Assembly (NCBI GenBank): GCA_051294375.1
Contig: CM119265.1
Span: forward strand, 11,471,818 to 11,535,817
From: Paraspadella gotoi
Lineage: Eukaryota; Animalia; Chaetognatha
Direction: 5' to 3'
DNA length: 64,000 nt
Under the pieces are notes generated by a model. That model was given only the letters and a program-made list of their open reading frames with translations. It made no database searches and was not told where the DNA came from. Shown one piece after another: positions 52,089-61,026 of this stretch. A program made the translations under genes and the position numbers. Every line of letters starts with the position of its first letter. Within the stretch, counting starts at the first letter, position 1.

Positions 52089-53291
52089 GCTTAGTCATCC
52101 TTAGTAAAATTAGAGAGATGGGGACACCTCAGGCGTCATGACGACCTTATGTACCAGAGTCAGTCTGAATTTCTTTATAAATGGATAAAAACAAAATTAG
52201 TTAAGATATTTTTTAATCGAATTCTAGCGCAACTGTTCATGTCTGATATTTTTTGCATTTTTGTTTTCATTATGTTTGTAGTAGGGAGACTACCGCGGAC
52301 TGCGGTTTACTGAACAGGACGCGTTTAATTGGTGATTGGAATGTAGAAAAAGTGCACAAATGACTAGCGTAGGTCGCAGAAAACACAAAAACTTTAGTAA
52401 AGATACTCGAAACATAAAAATGCTCATGAAGGGCGATTTAAAACTTAAAATAATGGCAGATCGGCTTTCTTCGGCGTAATAAGATATTTCCCAATGACAA
52501 GAGCTAAAAGTTGTATAGTGCATGTAACAGAAAAAGCATTTAAAAATTGAAAAATACCGAGGACAGAGGTCCGAGGTAAACACGAAAGGCTAGTCTAAAA
52601 ATGATTTTAATTAGATTGCTCCAAGGACACTTTTGCATTGTAATTTTTGCGAGTTAAAAATTTTACCATAATGTGCAGATCATTTTTATCTAATATCAAA
52701 GATTGGTAACAAAATAAGTCGGGCAAGGCCTTGGGCGAACATCAAGCAATTTTTGGTTTCTGCTGTTTTCCAATGTTAGAAAATAAAAAAAAGGATTCCA
52801 GACTATTTAATCAGGGGAATAATTAATAATTATGCAACAATAAGGCAACAAAACTCAGCTAGAGATTAGTAGTGAAAAAGCGTAAGTAAAATAAAGATTC
52901 GACGAGGGTGACGTAAACTAATTAAAAATCCGTATAAATTTTAAAACAAATCTCAAGATACAAATGTTTTTAATGACTGAAAATTAACAAGATAAAAAAA
53001 AGAAAAGCATTATTATTTTTAAAGAAGATAAAAAATAATTACAATAATATTAATAATAATACAACGAAAAATACGTTTTTTAACAATTCCAATTTCATTG
53101 TGCTTATTGATTAACCAAAATAGCTAAATTCTAACGGGATTTTCCAGTAAAATTAAATTAAAATTAAATCTAAGCAGACGGAATAATTTCTCCGCATCTT
53201 AAAATCATCAGCAAAGAATTACCCTCCCCCCCCCCGACCCCTCCTCTCTTGACAGAAACAGAAGGGTTGTGGTTGTAGTTATAGTTGCGGT

Positions 53292-56201
53292 TCATGGATC
53301 GGACTTGGAGGGCAGCGCCGCCTCCGCCTCCATTCCCCTCTCGACGTAACTGGAGCCGGATGCGCCTCCGTTTGCGGCGCCGGAAAAATCGTCGGCCGAC
53401 TGCGAGGGCCTCATGGAATTGGATACTTGACGCTTGAGCGATCCCCAGGTGCTGCCGACTGAGGCGCCCAAGGATTGAAAGGAGGGCGAGTTTCGCATCT
53501 CGCCCAACTTTCCCCGCAGGCTGGTTCCCGCGGTGGAAAGGGCCTCGCCCGTCTTTTGGCCCGCCGTCTTTAAGGTGGTCGAGGTTTTGACGTAGGCTTC
53601 CGACTCTTGGATGGTCTTGAGGGTGGTGTTGAGGTCGGACTTAATTTCGTCCAAATGGGTGATGCCCAGGCTTCGCTTCAGGTCGTTGGCGCGACGGAGT
53701 TTTGCTTGCAAAACCTATTAAGGTAAGAAAAAATGAAAGGCAGGAGGCATGAGAAAAAAGATGCCGCAACTTCCGTCAGCCAAATCCTTTCACCTGCCGC
53801 AGGGTGCGAATTTCATCGTCGACCTTGGCTAGCTCCTGTTCTAACTCCGCCTTCTCCTCCGGCGTTGGCACTGGCTGCGCGCCGTTCGTCAAATCGTCAG
53901 CGGATCCTCCTGGGGCGCTGCCTCCAGAGAATCCGCTGTCGGCTGAAGGACTCGCGCCTTGTTTTAAAAAAAAAATAATTTATTGTGGCGGTATATTCAC
54001 ACCGCCTCACGTCCACCGTCTTTCAAGCCCAAAATCCATTGGCACAGAGGGGAACACACCATCCCAAGCATAGTGTTCCATCCACAGTCCTAACGACTTC
54101 CTCTGCGTTGGCAAAGCGAGACCGGTCCTAGGGTAAACCGCGCCAGTGGACTGGAGGCGTCACTGAGGGTCGGAAGCCCCAAAGCCAACAGTGAGATGCC
54201 CCATCCCAATGGGCATCACAGGCACCCGGCTGTTGCCATAAGTGGTGAGCCCTACTATCGAACACGCCAACCTTCTCGAGGTACGCTACGACAAACGCCT
54301 ATGCCCTTCCGACTTCGGGTACGCTACGACAAACGCCTATGCCCCTGGGGTACGCTACAACAAACGCCTATGGCCCACAACTTGTTGCTCTTCTCTCTCT
54401 CCCACTATGGTAACAGTTTGTCAGACACATCTCAGGCTTGAGGAACCTGAGTGATGTCTTGGCCCGGGGATCCTGTGGCGTATATTCACACCGCCTCACG
54501 TCCACAGTTTTCAGCCAAATCCATTGGCTCAGAGGGGGAACACACATCCCAAGCGTAGTGTTTCATCCACAGTCCTAACGACTTCCCTCTGCGTTGCAAA
54601 GCGAGACCGTCCAGGGTAACCGCGCCAGTGACTGGAGGCGTCACTGAGGGTCGGAAGCCCCCAAGCCAACAGTGAGATGCCCCTCCCCAATGGCATCACA
54701 GGCAACCCGGCTGTTGCCATATTATATTATATTCAAAACTTAGAAAATCCGTTTCACTTCTTTTTTTTACTTTATGACGCATTGTGTGTATTAAAATAAA
54801 AAATTTGAATTGAAGATACTAAACCAGACCATGTCCTAGCCTATCAATATTTTGGTTAAAAGTCATATGGGTGCCCCCCTTTAAAACGCCCTACTTAGCA
54901 AAGTTAAAAAGAATTTGATATGGATAATATAAATCCGGAAAATCCTTCTGTCAAAAATTAAAATGTTGCTGCTGAAGAAGACGAAAATAATAATAATAAA
55001 AGTGAGGAGAAGGTGAAGAATTGTGACGATGTAAGAGAAGTAGAAAAGAAGTGAGACGAGCTCTCTCCTGATCCACTTTTATCATCGCCCGGACCAACTT
55101 GACCTTACGGTCGCCTCGGCCCTATTACTGTGTCCGGTCAATCTAAGGTCATTGCCAAAGCTAGGGCAAAGTGACCGTGTGGAATAGACCGGCTCGAAGA
55201 AAGAGGAGAGAGGAAGGGTTTAGAGAGAGAGACCGGTGGTAAGTCGCCTCACTGCATCTGAAATCTTCATTTTTTTCAGCTGTAAACAATAAAGCCCTTT
55301 GTTACAGCCATACATATTAAATTCAAGGGTATTGCCTATTCATAAATGTCAAGAAATGGAATCTCAGTACTCTATAGTAGACTGCAGCAATGGTTTTTAA
55401 CACAGTAGCAAAAATACAAAGAAATATTTTTTTTTATTTGATGCTGCAGTATATTGCATTATGCTATTAACTTGATATTTTATACATAGAGTCCCAACTA
55501 TATTAGTTATTTTTTTCCAAGCTTACAGTGTGAACTTTTAAAAAAATATTTTTTACAGCATCTTAAAATTCTTTTAATAATCAAGGATAGAAATAACTTC
55601 TCAAACTGCTGCAGCTTAATGGCCATAGGGTAATAAGATAACATGTCCCATAAATATTTCTAAATTGAGTTCTTCATTTGCTCTCTTTAGAATTTTCCTT
55701 TTAGCATATAAAGGTGCTTCCAGCACATATATTTTTGGTTTTGGACATGCTACAATTGTTGCTTACAGCACCCTTATATATGGCTCTAATCGACTGGGCT
55801 TTTTCTTAATAAACTTCTTAATTATATAACATAATACTAGAAAATGTTAACATATTTTAGTAGTGGTTTTATGCTGAAATCCGGCGGTGTAACAAATTCA
55901 ACCAACGTTTCATACTTTTCGGTACCGTTGAGTATTGTTCGAGTATGAAAAAAATAAAACCTATATCAGAGAGAGAAAACATCATTGATTATTTTGATGT
56001 ATTATAAAATAAAATTAAATAATTTTTTGCCATTGAAATCTAATGGTAAATTTTATTCTAAGTTTTGATTCACTACCCTGTATTCTTAACATTAGCGACG
56101 AATCTTAAAATCAAACCTGCTCCGCCGTAGAGGCTTCCCGCGACGACGCCGAAAGTTCCCGCGCTAGAGTCATCGTCCGCCGGTAATGAAGCCGACATCA
56201 T
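53292..56201 (-). CDS. TPD52: Tumor protein D52 family protein (3 exons)
   Basis: Exons 56201-56117, 53957-53794 and 53714-53292 are in phase. ELEQELAKVDDEIRTLRQVLQAK...LKRSLGI, AGQKTGEALS and EMRNSPSFQS are D52-family motifs. The symbol denotes the family, not a specific paralogue. Confidence 0.92.
54107..54189 (+). ncRNA. Twister ribozyme, type P5 (5' LTR copy, family B)
   Basis: P5 GUUGGC/GCCAAC encloses GCGA GA CCG (G)UCCUAGGG U^AA(A) CCGC GCC P3 GAGG GUCGGAAGC CCC. A few single-base insertions, possibly sequencing errors. Confidence 0.75.
54593..54670 (+). ncRNA. Twister ribozyme, type P5 (3' LTR copy, family B)
   Basis: GCGA GA CCG UCCAGGG U^AA CCGC GCC AGUGAC-UGGAGGC-GUCACU G AGG GUCGGAAGC CCC. 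T1 is CCG:CGG. Predicted cut between 54617 and 54618. Confidence 0.8.
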
Positions 56202-56310
56202 TTTTAAATCTGAATGCTTTTTATTTTTGTAAAATGGGAAATTTTTATTTTTTTTAACGGGCGAGATAATTATACAATAAAGACGCAATTAAACCCCCCC
56301 CCCTTCTCTG

Positions 56311-57147
56311 TCAACCCAACTTTCCGGGGGGAATTTTCCCCACCATTTCGTCGTAAAGTTCTGGGGGATCGAAATATTTTCGTGGACAATAGGCGACCGA
56401 TCCCTTAATGTCAACGTTTCCGTACAACCGAAAAATGCTTCTCTCACCCAATTCTGAAACGTGACTCGTACGAAAAGTTTCAAAATTGCCTCCAAAATTT
56501 CGAAAAGGAAAGTAGGCGCGGTAGACTCCTGTCTTACAGTTGCGTTCCACTAACCAGCAATGGTTCGAATTCAAAATAGGAACATAGAAGAATATGGCAA
56601 CCAAAAGGATACCAATTCGGTACGACTGGGAGTGAATTGGGATAAGCAATAATTCTTGGAGGATGAAAATAGTGAGTCCGAATTGAAAATAAAAGTGGGG
56701 AGATGAGACGATCTGAATACGGGAAAGTTTCATTATCGGTTTGAAGTCTCGATCCCTACTAATGAATCTCATCGCGTGGAGTTGGGCATCAGCCTTCAGC
56801 TCTTCGTGGTCGCGATAAGAAAACGTTCCCACACTTTTTATTCCCATCATCCGCAATTTGGCGCGGAAAATCTCCTTAGCGCGTAAAGTTATCTTTGGAG
56901 GTTCCGCGACCGGCTCCGGCGGAAGGAGATCTTTAAACGATTTCGGATACTTCTTTGATTTCGTACCGACATCCGATGAAGGCAAAAGCTCATCCTTCGA
57001 GAGTCTATCGAGAGAAGACGGAGTCGTGTTTGAATTGTGCGTCGACGAACGCATGAACCAGGACAAACCCACTGGCGGTAAGGCGTTATTTCTTATTCCG
57101 ATGGGGACACCCTTGAAATAACACGATAAACCTCGAGTTTTGAGCAT
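56311..57147 (-). CDS. Intronless 278-aa putative mitochondrial membrane protein, TMEM70/186/223-like
   Basis: Basic presequence-like N-terminus, two adjacent hydrophobic segments and a C-terminal ...YFDPPELYDEMVG resembling the TMEM70-type tail. The family call is tentative. Confidence 0.55.
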   Translation of the reverse strand: MLKTRGLSCYFKGVPIGIRNNALPPVGLSWFMRSSTHNSNTTPSSLDRLSKDELLPSSDVGTKSKKYPKSFKDLLPPEPVAEPPKITLRAKEIFRAKLRMMGIKSVGTFSYRDHEELKADAQLHAMRFISRDRDFKPIMKLSRIQIVSSPHFYFQFGLTIFILQELLLIPIHSQSYRIGILLVAIFFYVPILNSNHCWLVERNCKTGVYRAYFPFRNFGGNFETFRTSHVSELGERSIFRLYGNVDIKGSVAYCPRKYFDPPELYDEMVGKIPPGKLG

Positions 57148-57247
57148 TTTCTCGTCGGAAAATAAGTCATTATTTACGCCAAAAACTGGAAAACAAAAAC
57201 AAACTAATGTAGTAAATTAATTAATTAATTAATTTAATTAATTTCCG

Positions 57248-60200
57248 TCACGAAAAATAACTCTGAAGGTTCTCTCCCAAATGCTCTTCCATAGCATTAA
57301 TGAATCGCTGCACAGCTTTTTCCACCTCCTCGTCTTCGTCCTCCATCAGCTCGGCCAAAAACGGCGCCACTTCCGGCAGAAGAGTCAGGAACTCTTGCTT
57401 AACCTCGATGGCAAACGTTTGAAGGGCGGTGACCGCTCCTAGCCTCGCGGCAACATTTTCGCTCTTGGTCTTGAGGCAGATAGAGTAAGCGATCTTCTTC
57501 CACATCCCCATGTCGTCTAAGGCAGCGGTAAAGGCGGCGAGACAAGGCGCTAAGCGGGATGACACGAAAGCAGCGTGGCCTGCAACATCGCATAGCAGCG
57601 TCTCGTTGTCTAAGTGATGGATCAACGGCTCGCGAAGAGCGTCGAAATTCTCCTTAGCCACTGCGCCTAGTTTGTCGTGACGGAAAACTACGGTGAGCGT
57701 ATCGACGACCAGTTCTAGGAGCCTAACGTTTTTGCGGCGATCGGAGAAGACTTGAATCGAAGCGGCGGCCTCCAGGTCCTTGGAGGGTGAATCGTCAACG
57801 CCGACCGGGATCGTCGACGTAGGCGCCATCCGATTCACTAACAAAATTTCAATGACGTTCTTTGCCACGCGGCCGAAAAAGAGCGCGAAGAGAGACTTGA
57901 GACTCGAAGTGATCTTCAACGACACCGAGTAAAATGTGAGGATTCTGTCTTGAAAGGGCGCCGCGTCTTCCGTGGCCCAGTCGAACAAGCGATAGTAAAA
58001 TGGTCGAAAGGTGGCCTCCGACATCCGGAGCACCATGGCCAGCGAGGCGTCGATGATGGAAGCCTCGATCTCACTTACCCGCGGCTCTTCAATCGTGTCG
58101 AGCGACTTGGCCCGAAAGTCTAGCGCCATGATAAAAAAGTCGCTTAAGTCAGGCAAAGAACCGAGAAAATCCTCTTTCGATAACCCATCGATGTGCTGGC
58201 GCAAGAGGTCCATGGAAGCGACTATTGCACTCATGTAGCCACGCTCCAGCAAAGTTCGGTAGCTCTTGGTGGCGGTCGGTACCATAGTGCGCGGCGGCGT
58301 TTTGGCGTGCAAGATTTCCCGAATCTTCGCCAGACGCAGAGTCAATTGCGCTTTATAAGATCCGTCACCGATCGAAGATTCCTCGGCGGAAACGAGGGAC
58401 ACGGCGACGACAATGTCTGCCAGAAACGGAGACAGAAATTGAGGAAGGGTTTCGAGGATCTTGCCGAGAGCCGTCAGGGCGGACACGAGCAACAGATCGT
58501 TGGAATATTTGGCCGGGGCAGACTTTGGGTTCGTCGTTTCGGCGATGATGCGCGGCACGACAAGATTGAGAAGAGGAACCGTCTTCGCCTTCAGGCTGCA
58601 GAACAATTCTGCAAGAGTGAGGAACACCGAAGACCGGACGACGGCATCCATTGAGTCGCCCGGCTGTAGTAGCAAAGTAACGCGCTTAACGATGGGCAAA
58701 AAGGCATTCGGATGAGCGAAGCCAAAAATGCGAGAAAGAAGTTTGATACACAGTAGCGCCGCCTGCGTCGTGTGAGGAGAAAAAGGAGGAAGCTTTTGAG
58801 CATCGTCCTCGTCTTCGGTCAGAACGAAACGCATCAACACTGGAAGAAGATTCAACCAGGCATCCTCGTTTCCCTCAGTGTCAGATCCACCGATATTTTC
58901 CGCTTTGATATAACGCGCCAATCGCGCGGCCAGAAGATCCAACCCTTTTCTCCGGACGTTATGCGACTGGTGATCGAGAAGTTTGAAGACGACGACGAGG
59001 AAGTCGGACTCTTGAAGCGATTCGTTAACGGCATCCATGGCCTCGGTCGACTTTGACATCATTCCTTTCCAAAAGCGCGCCGCAGGGGCGTCGCTCTCGT
59101 CCTCGGAGCGCTCGCCGGCTAGCAGCAAGAAATCCACGAGCGAAGCCACGAGAGAGTACAACTTTCCTGCCACGTCCCGCCTGCTCGTCTCATCGAGTCT
59201 TGAGTCGCCGAGAAACGCGGCGAGGAGTTGATTGATAAAGAGAGAGACGCTGAAGAGGAGCAGACGAATTTGACGAGCGGAAAGGAGATGAAGGTTGAGA
59301 AAGTTAAAAGGATGAGAGGACGATTGATCGGAAGATTCACGCGACGCCGAGCGGATGAAATGCGGTGGAAAACTAGTCAAGAAAGAAATCAAACGTTGCA
59401 GAGTCTCGATGACGACCACGAATCCGAAGTCGCGGCAAAGATGAATCCAAAATTTAAAAAACTCTTGAAGCTTCTGCACTTCGCTTTTGGGAATATCTAG
59501 ATATCTTTCGTGAACAGAATCAGGACGATCCCTGTGCGAGACCGGGGCTGAGGGCTGAACGTGAGATTCCAAAACGATGGCGATCAAACACCAGAGGGAA
59601 GATTCTGGTCCCATTCGATCTATGAGATGTTTAAAAACCAAAGTCCTACGGTGGGCAGGCATGTGAAAGAAAGCTTCGACAAAGACGCGCAGCGCATGCG
59701 CGACGTTTTCGTTGATGCGCTCAATATGGTTGGAGGAACCGATTTCCATCGGTTTTTCGTCGATGCTATTGCTGGCGAGCAGGACGGGAGTAATGGAGTC
59801 GAGAGTCTGCTCCAGGATTTGCATCGTGAAGTTGTTGTCTTGACGAAGCAGATGTTCTCCAACGAAGGTGAAGATGGTCACGATGTTTGGGACGACCAAG
59901 CGGGGCGCGACCTCGGCGGCGGCGTTGATGAGGTAAAACGCGTTGCGATTGCTCTGCGCCGTCGCCGTCGGTGATTGAACGCAACGAACGATAACGTCAA
60001 TATTGAGTCGTTTGTCGTTGACGATAGAATTTAAAGCCTCTGGATCTTTGGCGCGAAGTCTAGAGACGACGCTTCCGAGCGCCGCCAGGCAGTGATCCCT
60101 AGTGAAGAAGAGACAAGAATCGTCATTGCCCAGACAGTAAGAGATAATCTTTAACAAAGAGGGGACCAGATGTTCCGTTTCCTTTATTTTATTTAGATTC

Positions 60201-60949
60201 GACTGGAGGTAATCGAGGATTTTTTCAACTCTTCCTCGGAAGGAAGCGTTTAGATCTTTCTCTTCAACTTGAGTCTTTCTCCGCTTCGTCTCCTTAACCG
60301 AAGCGAAGCTTTCCTTCATGGGAATCGTCCGACTTAATTCTGCAGAAACGAGGGCCGCGTCGATGGTCAGACGTGATAAAACTTCTTTGGACTTTGAAGC
60401 GAAGTCGATTTTGTTTGTAGCATTTGGTGACGTCATCACCGAGTCTTTTCCGACCTCTTCGACGACCTCGACGCAAATGGCGTCGATGAGAAAAGAAAAG
60501 AAGGCGGTGCGCGTCGCCGTTGGCAGCGAAGAGAACCATCGATCGTCGACGACCGAGAGTTCGGCGTATTCCTCGACCGCATCGACGAACTCACGATATT
60601 CGAGACAATCGGAAGTTAATAGCGGCGCCACCGACGCCGTGGCAAAGCGACGAAGCAACAGCAACGCCGTCTCGTCTTCTTCCTGGTCGTGGCCAACTTC
60701 ACGCCTACGCTTGGTCAGCCGCGTCAATGTCGCCGTCAATGGCCGAAAGACGGCCTCTCCTTCGACCTCGGAAAGCAAGAGCGCCAATTTTCTCGTCATC
60801 GTGGGGTCGTAGCTCGGATCCCCTATGCAAGCGACCATGTCTTGCAGCAGGGTGGAATTCGTCTTTGTTAAAAAAGAGAAAATCTGAGGCAGTTGGTGAG
60901 GATCGATGACGATTGCGTCACTTCGTTCGACGATGGCTTTGACAAGATT
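57248..60949 (-). CDS. HEATR1: HEAT repeat-containing protein 1 / U3 snoRNA-associated protein 10, terminal exon
   Basis: The open frame extends to an acceptor at 60950. Motifs IFTFVGEHLLRQDNNF, HMPAHRR, BP28CT-type MSEATFRPFYYRLFDWA and LLPEVAPFLAELMEDEDEEVE...LGENLQSYF. Upstream exons lie outside the window. Confidence 0.96.
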   Translation of the reverse strand, partial: NLVKAIVERSDAIVIDPHQLPQIFSFLTKTNSTLLQDMVACIGDPSYDPTMTRKLALLLSEVEGEAVFRPLTATLTRLTKRRREVGHDQEEDETALLLLRRFATASVAPLLTSDCLEYREFVDAVEEYAELSVVDDRWFSSLPTATRTAFFSFLIDAICVEVVEEVGKDSVMTSPNATNKIDFASKSKEVLSRLTIDAALVSAELSRTIPMKESFASVKETKRRKTQVEEKDLNASFRGRVEKILDYLQSNLNKIKETEHLVPSLLKIISYCLGNDDSCLFFTRDHCLAALGSVVSRLRAKDPEALNSIVNDKRLNIDVIVRCVQSPTATAQSNRNAFYLINAAAEVAPRLVVPNIVTIFTFVGEHLLRQDNNFTMQILEQTLDSITPVLLASNSIDEKPMEIGSSNHIERINENVAHALRVFVEAFFHMPAHRRTLVFKHLIDRMGPESSLWCLIAIVLESHVQPSAPVSHRDRPDSVHERYLDIPKSEVQKLQEFFKFWIHLCRDFGFVVVIETLQRLISFLTSFPPHFIRSASRESSDQSSSHPFNFLNLHLLSARQIRLLLFSVSLFINQLLAAFLGDSRLDETSRRDVAGKLYSLVASLVDFLLLAGERSEDESDAPAARFWKGMMSKSTEAMDAVNESLQESDFLVVVFKLLDHQSHNVRRKGLDLLAARLARYIKAENIGGSDTEGNEDAWLNLLPVLMRFVLTEDEDDAQKLPPFSPHTTQAALLCIKLLSRIFGFAHPNAFLPIVKRVTLLLQPGDSMDAVVRSSVFLTLAELFCSLKAKTVPLLNLVVPRIIAETTNPKSAPAKYSNDLLLVSALTALGKILETLPQFLSPFLADIVVAVSLVSAEESSIGDGSYKAQLTLRLAKIREILHAKTPPRTMVPTATKSYRTLLERGYMSAIVASMDLLRQHIDGLSKEDFLGSLPDLSDFFIMALDFRAKSLDTIEEPRVSEIEASIIDASLAMVLRMSEATFRPFYYRLFDWATEDAAPFQDRILTFYSVSLKITSSLKSLFALFFGRVAKNVIEILLVNRMAPTSTIPVGVDDSPSKDLEAAASIQVFSDRRKNVRLLELVVDTLTVVFRHDKLGAVAKENFDALREPLIHHLDNETLLCDVAGHAAFVSSRLAPCLAAFTAALDDMGMWKKIAYSICLKTKSENVAARLGAVTALQTFAIEVKQEFLTLLPEVAPFLAELMEDEDEEVEKAVQRFINAMEEHLGENLQSYFS

Positions 60950-61026
60950 CTGTTAGGGAAGAGAAAAAGATAATCAATTTTTAGATTTTTTTTCTCTCTT
61001 TTTTTTATTTAATTTTTAAAGAGATA

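Larger units (their letters stand above)
53984..54721 (+). mobile_element. Complete non-autonomous mini LTR element (TRIM-like, family B) with a twister ribozyme in each LTR
   Basis: LTRs 53984-54240 and 54474-54721 (TGTGGC...GCCATA), 4-bp TSD TTAT, PBS TGGTGAGCCCTAC..GAACACGCCAACCTTCT at 54243-54276 and a non-coding internal region of about 230 bp. Confidence 0.9.
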
